Below, piece by piece: positions 1 to 14,602 of a stretch of DNA of 64,000 nucleotides (position 1 is the stretch's first letter; each line of letters starts with the position of its first letter). The position numbers and the translations under genes were made by a program. This DNA is from Kudoa neothunni (lineage: Eukaryota; Animalia; Cnidaria): the NCBI GenBank assembly GCA_964304625.1, contig OZ199840.1, positions 7,695,744-7,759,743 on the forward strand, written 5' to 3'. The notes under the pieces are model-generated. The model saw only the letters and a program-made list of their open reading frames with translations. It ran no database searches and was not told where the DNA came from.

Positions 1-1167
1 TTTTAAGTAGACAAAATTCAGAGCTGGCTGAGGCTTTTGAGGAGCCAGACTTTTTATTAATACTGGCCTATTTGAAAGATATATTTTTACACCTTAACGA
101 TTTGAGTTATTCTATTCAAGGGAAGGACATGAATATTGTGACAACCTCTGAAAAACTGCGTGCATTTCGCAGGAAATTACTTTTGTGGAGCTTTGGGATT
201 CAAGATGAAAATTTCGCAAACTTTTCATCTCTTGATGAAGTTCTTCAATTTGAAGATAATCAAAAAATCGACAAAATATAATGTCTAACATTGGTTACCA
301 CCTTAAAGCGTTGATTCTCTCATTTAATGGGTATTTTTCGACAGGAAATTTGGATGCATCTGACGTTTGGATCATCAACCCATTCTCATTTAAATTTGAA
401 AATGTGCGTAATGACGACCACAATATTGAAGAGCTAATTGATTTGCAAGAATGTCAATCAATGAAACTCATATATGACTCAAATACACTTGAAAAATCTT
501 GGTGTCATGCTCAGACTGCTCATCCATTCTTTGCAAAGCTGGCGTTGAACATTCTAATCCCATTTTCTACAACTTGGTTGTGTGAGTCAGGTTTTTCATT
601 TTTGGTGCATATAAACAACAAATATAGAAATTTGTTAAATCCTGAGAATGATTTGCGATTTTCGTTAACTAACAAAGAACCACGATCTGAAATAGTAGTT
701 AACGATCGTAAAGGAAACGAAAGTAGATAATCAAAAAATATTTTATCCTTTTTTTGTTTCTATAAAGTTTTTCAATAAATTTATTGGTTTCTTTGCGTGC
801 CCATTTCATTCCTATTTTGAACATTGTACGTAAATGATTTAAACATCAATAGATTTATTTGGATTTTCATAGTAAAATTGTTAAAAGATACAATCAATTA
901 TTTTTTTAAATTATGTTTATAAAATTCCAAATATTTCGTTGTACTTTAAGTTTAAAATATGGAAAATTAGTCAAGAAAATTCTTAAACGTTTGTTCCAAG
1001 CTGTATTTTTATAAAGTCCAATTAATCATAAGAATAATTTATACTTTAAATTTGAAATGTATAAATTTAAATTGTAATTAAGGTCGTGTTAGACAACTGG
1101 TTTTCTTTGATCCCTTTTACGGTGAATAAAGATTGGGTTCGAGAGTAAAATTTGAAGGGAACCACTG
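1..1167 (+). mobile_element. 3' part of a decayed hAT (Charlie/SCAND3-ZBED5-like) DNA transposon
   Basis: ORFs 72-281 and 281-730 give LAYLKDIFLHLNDLSYSIQG and the hAT dimerisation motif LIPFSTTWLCESGFS, split by a frameshift. Right TIR GGGAACCACTG (reverse complement CAGTGGTTCCC) at 1157-1167 is followed by the Charlie-type 8-mer CTATAGAG. Confidence 0.85.
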
Positions 1168-1253
1168 CTATAGAGAGAGAAATAAACACAAACAAAAAAT
1201 TTTTGATATATTGAGGCCAATTGATTTTTATTTTAAACGCTGATTATACTTAC

Positions 1254-2529
1254 CGAATAATTAAATCGACCAAAATATCCTCACAACTAATACATCGAGT
1301 GTTCCCTATTTATCATTTTGGCAAGTAAAAATTTTCAGAGTACTTCCTTCAAGTTTGATCCCATTATTTTGATTTCTTAGGAACAATATGAATCAGGCGT
1401 TTTAGTTACCTTCTGATCCTTTGATTGTTAACAAGTAATGGTTGGTAGAAACATAATAAATATTAATCAGTGTTTAATTTAAACATCCAATATTGATTAA
1501 TAGCCTAAGAATTTGCATTCTAAACATGAAACATTGATCACGCTTGATTTTATCGTTCAGCGAGCTTGGGCGAAGTGTTGTATTAGCTCGCCGAATTGAC
1601 TTCGGGAGGATTAACTGACCCAATGAAGCATCTTTTTCTCGAATTTCAGCCGGTAGAAACGTCCTAAAATTTGCACGGCATTTTGAAATACTTTTTTATT
1701 AACTATGGTAAAATAAACGTCTGGAGTCCAAAAGACCACAAGTTCGTTGGAATGTAATTTTCTATTTCAATGGGAAATTTTATTAATTTTGTTTTCAAAG
1801 TTTTCCAAGTTGAAAATGTCGTAATTCAATGGAAACAACATGAATTTCAAGTGTTTGAAAGAATAATTAACTTATTATAATCAATTTAAAACTCGACAAA
1901 TGAACACCTTATTAGCGTCTACACAACTTGAGTATGATCAAATAAATGAACTATGAATTTTATATTTGAAAAAATTGTAATTCTGAATTACAACCCTAAA
2001 CATAGTCAAATTGCGATTTTTTTTGAATTATACAATAGGTAATGGACGGTTCGTAATTCCCCTGTGCGCCTCAAAACTTAATGTATTAAATCCTGCCACA
2101 GAAATCAGTTTCCTGTTTCACATTCAAACACAAATTCATTATTTTTTTATATTTATATTATTTACGTTTCATTTTTATAACTGCTTTTCGATAAAATTTT
2201 TTTAATCCGACCCTCGAAGCTTATGAAAATAAAAAAATTTGCCACCTCAGTTAAAACCTCTGGTGACCCCTGTTCTAACTAAAAACAAGGTCAGTTTATT
2301 ATCCTCGCGCGCGCACTTATATCTCCTCTCATAATCCACATAATCGTTCCAGAAAATATGCGTAGCGAACGCGTTAAATTGATATTGTAGATGGCTAATT
2401 GTTCGGCATCAATTCCACGTATACGCGCTAACGAAAATTAGTTTAACATAAATTATTCCCGAATGAGTACGAATAAAAGGAAAACCTTTAGTTATTAACG
2501 TTAAAAAAAATTAAAAAAGGTGGAAACAT
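1254..2529 (-). CDS. Putative multi-exon orphan gene with signal-peptide-like N-terminus, divergent from CACYBP and probably running off the window start
   Basis: ATG at 2529 gives MFPPFLIFLTLITKGFPFI if one T is removed from the T8 run at 2503-2510. The next AG/GT-bounded exon (~2317-2427) is open (RIRGIDAEQLAIYNINLTRSLRIFSGTIMWIMRGDI). More candidate exons lie near 1620-1760, and there is a strong GTAAGT donor at 1253. No family recognised. Confidence 0.3.
1990..2272 (+). mobile_element. hAT 3'-end remnant
   Basis: Terminal GGTGACCCCTG (reverse complement CAGGGGTCACC) at ~2262-2272. The upstream frame resembles a decayed hAT C-terminus (…NPATEI…IQTQIH). Confidence 0.4.
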
Positions 2530-2631
2530 TCTAGTAGCTTCTAGAAAGCGGATCACTATTACATAAGAAAATCGTGTTATGCGAAACACAGCGAGCGCAA
2601 ACGAACCAACTTTGTTTAGGAGGAAGGCGTG

Positions 2632-3485
2632 ATGGAGGCTGTAATTTTATATTAACAAATGGATATTTGTCAATATATTCTATTTAGTTGAGAAAAGACG
2701 TTGAGGAACTTCAGGCATTGATGGCTTCAGCTACACGTGCAAATGTGAAACTTATTTTGAGCAATAAGATTCAAGAGTTGGAAACAAAACTAAGAGATCT
2801 TAAAGATATGAATACCGTTGGTTCAACCCTTAGAAGTGCCTGTGCCACCTTTTTCAAACCAATTAAAAATTATTGTAATTATCTAAATGAGTTTGGTGGA
2901 CTTGTTTGTGCTGATTTTTGTTGTATACAGCTTGGGACCAAAACAAAGACTTTGTCAAAATTTATATTAGTTTGGAAGGAATAGGCCAACTAGATAAACA
3001 AAATATCGACATTAGTTATGAGGATAAAAGTGTTTATGTAAAAGTTACAAATCTGAATGGTTGCAATTATCAATTATATCTTCCCACATTGCTCCAATCT
3101 ATCAGCATAGAAGAATGTTCATTTAAGGTATTTTAAATTTTTCTATTGACACAATTTGTTAAATTGGATTGTTTGAGTGCAGGTGAAGAATGATGTGCTA
3201 TACATTTTTTTGAAAAAGAAGGAATCGTCCAATTGGGATTGTCTCAGTGCACATGAAAAAAAATCAGAACCCAAAATGTAATTTTTGTAAACTTTTGTCA
3301 TTTTGTTTTGTTGATATCGATTTAGGGAGCCACCAAAACCCTCCGAAGATCCCACCAAAGGATTAATGGATATGGTTAAAAAAATGTATGACGAAGGTGA
3401 TGATGAAACTAAAAGAATGCTTAACAAGGCCATGTCTGAGGCCTATGCTAACAAAGGACAACTTCCTAATCTGGAGAATAAATAA
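2632..3485 (+). CDS. CACYBP: Calcyclin-binding protein / Siah-interacting protein (5 exons)
   Basis: Exons ~2632-2640, 2688-2874, 2931-3127, 3183-3277 and 3326-3485. N-terminal LRKDVEELQALM, CS domain YSWDQNKDFVKIYISLEG, SGS domain EDPTKGLMDMVKKMYDEGDDETKRMLNKA. Confidence 0.93.
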
Positions 3486-5852
3486 ACATACACTATTAAA
3501 ATATACAGATAAGTTTTGATTAGTTTCTGTGTTTATCTTTACGGGAGCTTAATATTTTGCTGTTATGCAATCACTTATTAACTGCTGCTAGTGGGCTAAA
3601 TTAACCCTATTTATTATTGGGGTTCACGCATATTTTTTATTAGAAATTGAGCGTATTTTCTTTAATTTACTCAATAATAAAATATTGAAAAAATAAAATT
3701 AAAATTTTAGATTTAATTTAGACTTTAAGAAGTTTCGTTATATTGCCTAGACACAATAAATGTTGAAGCACGCTGATTATTCGTTACATATAGTTATTAG
3801 AACGTCTCAGAAATCTGTTTCACGACTAATTAAATTAAATTTAATGATTTGGAGATTCATGCTCTGTTATTCTCAAATTGGTACACTATAAGCCATTTGA
3901 TTCAAATGTGTTTTTACTTTCTTTGTTATCATATCATATAAATAAAATAAATAAACAAAAAAACTTGGGTCATTTTAGCGCGTGACTTTTTTTCTGCATT
4001 TTTAAAATTATACTTTTTTAATAGTTTAGAAAAATATCATTACAGTGTCCAACTGGTCTTAAATTTACAAGAAGCTGTAGAATTATCAATCAAGAAAGCT
4101 TCACTTATGCATTTATTTCACAAAGTAGTTATGGGAGGTTGGTTTATGGTGTTGTGTCTTTGTTTTGGAATAGAGGCAATATTACAGCCTTTTGCTTAAG
4201 AACGGCACCGAATTATTTCTCAATGCAGTAATTGGTTAGTGTCATTCCGCAAATCAAAACAATACGCCTGGGAATAGATAAATAAACCTACGCTTCACTA
4301 TAAATAAAGTTAAGAAAAAAAGCTACTCAGAGTTACTAAATTGTAAGTAATTGATTGTATGAAGTATAATATAAATGCTAAGTGTCAAGGTTCGGGATTT
4401 CTTTTATCATTTGAATCCTCTAGGCAACTCATCGATACTAGCAACCATAGTGACAGAACTATATCCATTTACTGATGATTTTATATTTGTTGGCGTTAAT
4501 TCGTACTTTATAACACCAAGCGTCTAATAATTTAAATGTGAGATTGAAAAAATATTGCCACAATGTTCGATATCGTATTTTGCAGTAAAATGGATGTAGA
4601 TATTATGAGATGTGGAAATATTTTAGAAAAAAAGTGGTGTTAATGAGATATAGCTTAAATTTTTTTAAACTAGATTTAGAATTTTTATTTAAAAACACCA
4701 AGAAGTTATTATGAGTCTTCTGAAGAACTCGTATTTCGTTTGTACAATGACCTCATTCATGTTGTATATTCGTATACTTTGACTTTGCAATTCCTAAAAC
4801 TTTTTTCCAACCGCTAATAATGATTTTCTTGGGTGAGGAACTCTTTACAGTCAGTTGAAACATCAAGAAAATAAAGTGTTGGTTTGAAATAAGTGATTAG
4901 CTTAATCATAATTAAGCTAGGAATTTTAAAAACTAGAAACGAATAATTTAAATTCCTTATAATTAAAAATTTTGGTTTTGTATTTTTGAAAAGCACACAA
5001 TTTAGAATAGAATATTTCCTCTGCAAAGTTTCACATAACATTGTCAATTCCATCGATGGATCGAGAATCTAACTCCATATTATTTAATACAGTTAGATAC
5101 ATCTTCGATGATAGCATATCCGGTTATATAATTGATAGTCTCGTAGTCATTGTTGAATAGGTCATAAAACGATTTTCATAGAGGAAGAATTGTAATGGGG
5201 TGGTTTGTAAGTCGCAGTTTAATCTTAATACATTATTCCAAACACATTAATCCGTACCTTGAGATATACAAAATATAATCTCAACAACTAATTCTGATGG
5301 TGCTTTAGGATTATTCAGGGGCTCTAATCGCATGTGTTCCGTTCTGTTTAATTATAGTAGGCATTAATTCAAAAATTAAAAGTTCACGTTGTTTTGTAAC
5401 GTATCGATATGAAATAGGCTGCGAAAACACGACAAGAATCGTGGACAAGTAAACATATTGTGATTTTAGCTTTGAGTCGCATTTTTGCCGTATAGTTTAT
5501 TAAAGTGTTGATCTAACATCGTTACTATCAATAAAGTGGTGTGAAATGAAAGAAAATTGATGAACAAAACATCTAAGATATTTTGTTACAAGTGTATATA
5601 TCGATTGAATAACATACAATTAATTCCCTTGAGGCTATTCAATGATAATCATTTTTTAACTGAACAATCCATTGATTTCACAATTGAATAATTTGAACTT
5701 AATTAATAGTCGACAGAATTTCTTTGCATATTTATGATAAATTTGAATTAATTAGATATAACTTTTCGATTGTCGGGTTGGAATTCTATAAATCCAATTT
5801 GGTTGGATAATTTTATTGAAGCAGGCGCGAATAGCATGTATTTTGTTTGCAA

Positions 5853-8800
5853 ATGTCAAAGATTGATTTATTGGTTCGAGTTGATAGGGAAAAGTTCCAG
5901 AGATTGGTCAACAATATGGGAAAATATTCTCAACTAATGATGAAGGATCCTAGCGTAGTGTTTGAGAAAGTGGCTCAAATCAAATCAAACGGGCTGGAAA
6001 AATTTCAAGTAGTTTTCCTTCAGTCATCAGTTGCATACTGATGCTATTTATCGACATAGGCAATAATAGACTTTGATCGAACTATATCCAGCTATTGCGA
6101 TTTTCAAGGAAACTTGTGTCCAACTTCATATTGTAATCAATATCACCATTGTGAGGTTCGATGAATGAATCGTTAATTTTAGGTACGTTTATGGGATTCT
6201 GTCGTAAAAATAATGAGCTATCCATTATTGTAATCATTTTCCCAACATAATTTTTAAAACAGTAAAATCTCAATGTTTCGTAACCTTTGACCCAACAAAT
6301 TTTAATGCTCAAGGTTTGTTGGGCCGTTTTCGATTTAATCGACACCGTGTGATATTTTTTACACGTATATTATTTGTAGATAATATTAATAGAAAATATA
6401 TAATTTAATTCTTTCACTCTAATATAAATAAATATAGCTATGAAACGATTTTATTATTGATATACCAAACAATTTATGCACAAGAGGTCGTTGAAGGTTA
6501 AAATGTAAAAAATATATTGCTCTTTCATAAATTTCTATACCGGATTAATATATGTTCAATTAATCTTATCTTTGTTGAAATAATGTAAAAAATAAGGAAA
6601 AAATATTTGTAGATACATTAATTTCATGTTTTTTACAAAGTCACCTTTGCGTTAGTAGAAATATGAGGTTTTTATACTTTTTATAGACAATGTTATAGAT
6701 TAAAAAATATACTTCTTTTTTATACAATCGTATGATAGGTCAATACGTCTCCTGAGTCAAGTTAAAAATCTAGTTTCTTTTTTTTAAAAACCGACCACCT
6801 CAATATTATAAATTATAATATCAAGGTTTTTGACGTGAAATGTTCATAATCGATTCCATAACATAAGTAACAATATGTTAATTTTACCAAGTTTTAAATC
6901 CTACATTATGTAAGCGAATCTTATAGTCATTAATATATTGACGAATTTTAATATTATATCTATCTATCTATCTACGACAATTTAATCATATTATTATATT
7001 TTTATTTTTGAACATTTGTTGATTCTACACCATAAAACTAACTGTATTTATTAAATACTAATATTTATTTAAAAGATGAAATTTTCTGTCCCAGAGCACT
7101 TTAATGGGTACAAGGTTTTGAGCATTTCCTTAGTAGTACACGTGCGTGTCAAGTTTGATGCAAGCACGAAAATAGCGATTTATATGTAACTAGCGCTAAT
7201 GCCCAGATTTATTTGGTACTATGTGACGGAAAATTTTAACTCTGAGTTTTATTTTTAGAATGGAGAAATTATACCGAAGAATAAATTTAATTAGCACGTT
7301 ATACCATGTAAATTTTCTTTTTCTATTCTAATTGATGCATTCTAAAGCTTGTCATTATTTTTGCATTGTGATGATTTAGATAAACAAAATTATGCGCACA
7401 CTTTCCATTCAAACATAAATAGAGGTATTGAGAGAAATTAATGATTTAGTTTTACAAATTAATGACCATAATTTTATGAGCAATTTAACTACCGATTAAA
7501 GTTCATTTATTTATTAAACTAAATCATTAAGTAACTTGCATAGGACTTTCGGTTCTTTTCAAAATTTTGCGATAAAAATTAATCCTTCTAGTTATAAAAT
7601 TTATTATTAGTCTACAAACGATAAAAAATAAAATCGACCCAAGATGCACCAGAAATAAAAATATTAGTTGTTTCTTTTTTTTCAATTTTATAAAGGATGT
7701 TAATTAATGAGGTTTTAATAATCTGTGAGTGGTAACTTACTTATCCATTATTTTAACATAATTTACAGATTTTTAAATAAATGAGACCTTTCTTTTTAAC
7801 AAAAATACTTGCTGGTTCAAAAATATACAGATTTAATTATCAAAATTCGATTAAATCTAAAATGTAAAGAAGTTTTTGGTTCGAAAAATTACAGTAATGC
7901 TAAAATACTTAAATATCAACCGGTTTTCTCGAAGGAGTGCACCATTATAAAAATAAACGTACTGTTTGAATGCCCTAAAAAATTTCATTGTATTGAATTA
8001 TTCTTAGATTAATGAAAAATTTGTAAAAATATCGGTTAGATCGCATAGACCAATAATTTCTTATTAACTTAAATGGCACGAGTTGAGAGTGGACTGTATT
8101 TTGTGCGAAAGTAATCATGGATACACATTCTTGAATTACGTAAAGAATGCTGTGTCGCATATTTTTATGCAGCTTTTATATCATAATGAATTAATGCGAG
8201 CCTAAAGAAAACAGTATATAGATTTGAATATTAACCTTAAGGTCCAGGGGCGGGGAATAATTAGGCTACTTAGGACTTAAACATTGTTTAAAAAATTATC
8301 TCATCAAATATAGAAACTTATCGAATTAGTGATGCCAGCTGTTTTGCGAGAAAGTTTAGGAAACCCTTTAAAAAATGAGTAAAAACCTATCGAAAGACGA
8401 ATATAGTTTTAATCTCAATCGATATATTTGATAAAAAGAAATTTTCATTTAAGAATGTATCATAAAAATTCAATTATTTGAAAACTCTACACACATCTTA
8501 CTTCGCTTTTAGAATGCTTATAGAACTACCAAATTATTCCTTGATGGCTGCAACATATAATCTCAAATTATGTGTTTTATTTAAAATGATCATAATCTCT
8601 TTCACTAAACTACATCCATAAGGTTTCAAAAATGAAAATACATCCTAAATAATTTAGTTATGCTTATAATTTTAGGGGGAATGCTACTACATCTCTTGTA
8701 AATATGGCTCTAGTAGCATTATCTGTCTCAAAAATACTCCAAACAGGCATGTGTAACATTACTAAAAAATTATAAATCATAATTTGCAGATTCTCTTTGT

Positions 8801-11800
8801 ATACATTGATTAAAAGTTCATTCCATTTGACTATTACTCTGAAGTAAACAAACATCTATATTATTCAGGTACTTTTAATCTGGTGATTGATGTAAACAAC
8901 CAGAAAATTACTTACTTCTGATAACGATATTGATTATATTTATACTTCTAATTAAATGAACGATTTTTATTAATTGTATCATTTATTCAAATGCAAACTA
9001 AAAACTGTATTTAAAAAAGTCGCACAATGGCGCGTGTGTATTACTGAAAACACATACACACTGACAGACACAAGAACTTTTTATATATATTAGCGTGAAC
9101 CCCCCAGCGTTGCTTGGGGAGGATTTCACGTAGATACGTTTCTTAATAATGTTCAAAGAATATATTAAAGTTTCAAATTAACCCATAGATGCAAAATAAC
9201 TAAAAATTTTAAGCATCATACATTAACGATTTGGATTGACGAAATTTAAATTATGATCATTTCTGTGAAGGAACGTATTAATCCCGGCGTTCATTTAAAC
9301 ATTTCATGGCCCGGCACCAACGTTAAATAATTTATTGTCAGTGTCGTATTTTTTTGCATTCCCGAATTATTCAAATTCCCTAGAGTGCTATTTAAAATGT
9401 TATTTTTGGTCCGGCTCAGAAAGTTTGTGCATCACTATTTACGGGAGATAAATAAATAGAAAAAGACGTGGAGATAGAAGAAAATAGACGAAAATTAATT
9501 TTGAATGCTCAAATTAATAACTCTTGGTCCGGCAAGAGCATAACGCATTTTTTCCTATAAACAGCCATAAATTGCGTCTACTTCAACGAAAACAATTATA
9601 ATAATTGGGTGAAATAAAAGTACAACCATCGGCATTGAATTTAATCATGGAAAGTTATACTTAACGGACGATTTCGATGAAATCTACGGACGCAGTATTT
9701 CCATTATAATGCCTCAATCAATGTAATTTTAACATTCTCCACCAATTTATTTTTCATGAAACATATATAGATTTTTTATCATATCTAAAACCATTAATAG
9801 AACCTTCAAAATGTGTTTATTAAGTCAAATACGTTAAAAATCCACAAATAAGGAGTGCATTTGCAAACGCCAACTTTATGCATAAGGATAGATGTTATGG
9901 CTTAATTTAAATTTGATAAAGCATATAAGGAGGTAAGTTAACTTCAACCAACCTTCACCATGACATAAGCAGGTGTTAATCCCATAAACAAACGTTGAAT
10001 CGACAAAATCACCATTTTCTAAGCGCTTTTGGGAACATTAGTTAGTGTGGAAACGATTAAAAATTTTGTTGAAACATTGTAATTTTTATAAAATTGTATA
10101 AAAGTCTCTCTATAAGGAAAAAATGTTGACGCACGTATGTACTTGGTGACCTACATACACACATACGGGCAACTTAGCTCTATGTATGTATGTATGTATG
10201 TATGTATGTATGCATATATATATATATATATATATAGTAGGTAAATTGTTACTGAAATATCGTATAATATATATTTTTGCCAGCTTGCGATTTTTGAGCT
10301 GAAATGATTAAGGAGGATAGCAAACAAAATTTATATTTTATTTTTCAAATTAAAAGTCTAGATTGTTTAGAAAAACGCTCTCCCTATTGAAAAATTTACT
10401 ACAGCCTATGAAGTATGGAAACCCAAAAATTGCGTTCATTTTTCAAGGACGCTGTCATTTTTAACTACTTGTGCTAAATTACATCTATTTCCTGTATATT
10501 TAAAAGTTAGCCAATATCAATTAACGAGTATATGTATGTAATAAAATAATTTAAATTTAATGCTTGTTTTTATATTCTGTTATTAATAAATTAATGCCAA
10601 TACTTTAATTTGTTAAGAAAATTATTTTTTTGTATTTTTTGAGAAATAAAAATAATATTGATAGCAATCGATCGTAATCACGATGAAAAATAAATTAAAC
10701 CTAGTTAACTGGATTAGGAAATAACGCTTGATTTCATTATAATACGCAATATTTTATTTTAATTTTCTCGTTTTCTATAAGGTGAAATTCTATCATTTCA
10801 TCAATAATATATCACTGGCTGGAAAATAGATACATTGAATTAAAAATGACGAAACAGAGATTTTTCTGGGTCTAATATCAAAATATTGATGCCAGTTGTG
10901 TAGGATAATGAACTACGAAGAATATATTCTCCTATCGAATTTAATTAGTAATTATTATGATTGATAAAAAATATTGGAATTACATATGCTGTATACGACA
11001 AGCTGACTTTATGTGATTGTGCATATAGTTCTATATCTGAACAAGAAAAAGTTCCATTAATGCTAGAATGGTGGAAAGCATCAAACGACGCTATCTTAGA
11101 AGTGAAAGAATCAAAAGAATCGGTATCATACGCCATCGATCAAAGTGGAATTTTTTTACGTGAAGGATTTGATCAAATATTGGCATGGCTGGATTTTCGA
11201 AATATTCCAGTTTGTATTGCATCAGGTGGCCTAGGAGGTCCATTGAATTATATTATTTTTGTAAACACATCATAATCAAGAAGAAACTAACAATATAATC
11301 ACAGTTTAATTATTGCTGATGATGTGTTGTCAACAAAAATTAATCATTGTTCTGTTAATGGTACGAATATGAATTTATAGATGTAGTGAAAGGCACCATC
11401 GAAAAATACTGTGGCGTTCTCAAAAACATAAGTTATGCCTCAAATTTTTTTCTGTATGACGATAACGATGTGATTAAATACGATATTGACTAATGATAAG
11501 TTATTTTTAAGATTATTGTGAAATTTACTCAACCAATGATTCATTCGAACAATAAGAACATCATTGATCAATGTGATGTCTGTTTCGATAGAGTATGTTT
11601 TGACAGGTTTAATATGGGATGTATTGAAAATTATAGAAACGCACAAATATTCTTCTTATTGGAGATGCGATTGGAGATTGTCGTATGGCGGATAACTTTC
11701 CTGTTGATAATGTGTTAAAGATTGGTTTTCTAAATTGTGATGTATATCTACTTTCGTGAATAATATTTAATATATAATTGTTGTTAGGAGAAAAATAACA

Positions 11801-11895
11801 TGGAAAACTATTTGAATAATTTTGATGTTGTGATAAAATCAGGGAAATCCTCCAAGCCCATTTTTCCGATTATTTCATTTTTATTAGACATTTAA
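5853..11895 (+). CDS. NT5C3: Cytosolic 5'-nucleotidase III (HAD family), paralogue A
   Basis: Spliced translation contains IIDFDRTIS (HAD motif I), CPTSY, KVPLMLEWW, LREGFD, IASGGLG, NILLIGDAIGDCRMAD and VLKIGFLN. Intron 3 (6230-10903) is ~4.7 kb; the others are short. Confidence 0.9.
7189..9092 (-). mobile_element. Non-autonomous Helitron-like element inside NT5C3-A intron 3
   Basis: Minus-strand 3' end has a small hairpin (CCAAATAAATCTGG) followed by CTAG-T at ~7189-7193. The 5' end is CTAATATATATAAAAAG…TGTCTGTCAGTGTGTATG, typical of Helitron starts. Confidence 0.45.
9089..10240 (-). mobile_element. Second Helitron-like element, head-to-tail with the first
   Basis: Minus-strand 3' hairpin CCCAAGCAACGCTGGG followed by CTAA (CTRR). 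The 5' end is CTACTATATATA followed by a (CATA)n microsatellite. Confidence 0.45.
10181..10236. repeat. (TATG)n plus (TA)n microsatellite
   Basis: Directly visible tandem repeat. Confidence 0.95.
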
Positions 11896-14602
11896 TGGTA
11901 TAAATGATTTTAAGAGAATATCTTTTATGAAATGGTTTATTTGAATAAAATAGCTCTTAATTGTGTGTAAATTGAACGAATGCTTAGATAATACATAACA
12001 GACGCCGATAATTTATTGCTTTGGGCATTGATCGGGGGTACCTCCAATCAGCTGGACACACATTATTTCAATTAATAGAAACTGTTTCGATAAAATAAGT
12101 AGGATATTAAAATCTCGGAAGATAATCAAATTATATACAATTTCTTATATATATTAATGTTAAATTAAATGAAGATTCTTGGGGTTAAAAAAATATAAAT
12201 GCGCTATTAAATTTTTATTTTTGGAGCAACTTTTGAATAATATATTTAATCATTCACAGCGGTTTAATAATAAGTACCATTCAAGAATAGTACCAGATTT
12301 TCGACCATATAAAACCATTTCTATTATTTAATTATCAACTCACAAAATATTCGATTTTTTCGCTAACAAAAAAACATTCTTTCTAATCATTTTATTCTAG
12401 TTCAAAAAAATATGTACCTTAAAATAAATAACAAATTTATGACAAAGAATGATGGTGCAACTTATTCTGAAGATAAAAACTAAAGTTTTTTACTTGCAAG
12501 CTCCAGAACAGTTTAATTGGACTTAAGAAGTGATTAGACATTTTGTATCGCTGTCGATGTGCGGCACGTTTAAATCAAATTTATTTTTCATATTTGTTTA
12601 CACTATTATTTATATTATAAAATAATGAAAAGATAAAAACTTAGAATGTCAGAAAAATTTTAATAATTTAAAATGATCATCATTTGAATATAATCTGTGA
12701 TTTTATCAATAATTTCTCTTGGTTTAATATCAATATTTGATCTATTCTTTTTATTATTATTTTCTAGTTTCAGCTAAAGAACCGCATCATATTTTATTAA
12801 ATAACATTAATGGTTATAAAATTTTGGAATAATGTTTTTTTCTTCATAATGCATTTTTAGTTTATGTATAAAATATTTAGTAAAAAATTTGTTAAAATAC
12901 CAAGGTTCTGGAGGAATGTAAAATCGAATTCATTGTTAAATAATGAAAAGTTTGCATAATTATTACCCTCTAAAAAATTTTAGGGCACGTTAACTTCCAG
13001 TTCTTATCAAACACTTTAAAAATTACTATAAATAGATTTTCAGATAATCAGTTATTTCCGTCGGGTAAATTTACAGGAAATCCACGACCACTACGTGTAT
13101 TAATCCTTTTAATATTATTCGTTAAACGCAGACACACATTCGCAAAAGCCTTAATGGTTCAAATGCGCTAATTTGAATATTTATCTTGTTGATAAATGCA
13201 ATATTTTTTTTAATTTACAGTGTAAATAGTTTATTATAAAAATTATTAAATATTTATTTCTAAATGTAAAAAAGAATCATACTGTAATTAGATTTAAAAT
13301 GATCTGAATTCATACAAATTTCATTACATATTTTTTAAGTAAACTATAAAATAGTTGCAAATTTAACGTTAATTAGTGTCAGAATGAAATTATTTACGTT
13401 TATACATGTTTAGTTAAAATAAATTTTCATTAAAAAAATTATATAAACTAAAACTTTACATTCTATATTTGAAGACATCTTTATTTTCTACATTCAATTT
13501 TAGATTTACAATTAAAGTACAAAATCCAACATTTCGCACAGGCGCGAGTATTTACTCGAATATTTTGAACGAAAATATCAATATATTTAATTAATTTATA
13601 AATTATGTATATTTTTATCTAATAATGATCTGCGTAATTTTGATATTATTATTATTACAAAATACAAGGTAAAAGTAACTTTAATTTATTACCACTTGGA
13701 TTTATTTTATTCACATACGTTTTCTCGTTAAAATAGACTCCCTATTTTTATGTGAATTTACTAAAAATATTCCCTAGTCAAGAAATAAATCAGTTTTATA
13801 ATTTCTTTTTTGCGAAGTTGTGCCCATAATTGTAAGGGGGTGCCGGAACTAAAATGAATTAGGAAATACCAAACTACTATATTTATATTGTACCTCAATT
13901 ATTAAATAATTTTATTAAATTAATCATGACTTTAACATTTTTGGTGGTAATATCATGAAGCCATCTTTATGCTAATATTATAAATTAATCCATATATCGA
14001 TACGGTTTAATCTCGGTTAAATTCCAAGAGCTCAAGGAGTTTCTTCAAGGGTTATAAACAATAATGCGTTGTTGAATTTTTTTCCGGTTTCCGTCTGCAC
14101 TTTCACCAGGCGAGAAATAAAGATTCTAATAGCCTACTTAATTGATAAGATATTTGTAACTGATATAGCATTTAAAACACTTAGTGTTGATGCAAATGAC
14201 TTTAAACCTCTTTATTGAAAGGATTATCTAGTACAGTCTAAGATTTTATAAATATCGATTTTTTGAATTGATAGGTTTTCTCAGCAAAGACTAAAATCAG
14301 GAAACGTATCATAAACGATGTAGTAAAAGACTGCTTCTGTAAAATACAGCCCATTTCATCCTATGAGACATTAACCATACCCTCATCTTTCCAAGGTTCT
14401 AATCCAGTGATGACGACTTCTTAATGTACTATGTAATATATTGGATAGTTGCTGTGGACTTATTACTTTGGCCAAAGTGTCTATTATTAAAACACTAAAA
14501 TTTTTATTTCAAGGAATATGAAGTTAGTAGAGCGAAATAAAATTAAACACATAAGATCTAATGCGATTAACTCGCATGCGAGTGATTCGCTTTGTATTGG
14601 TA

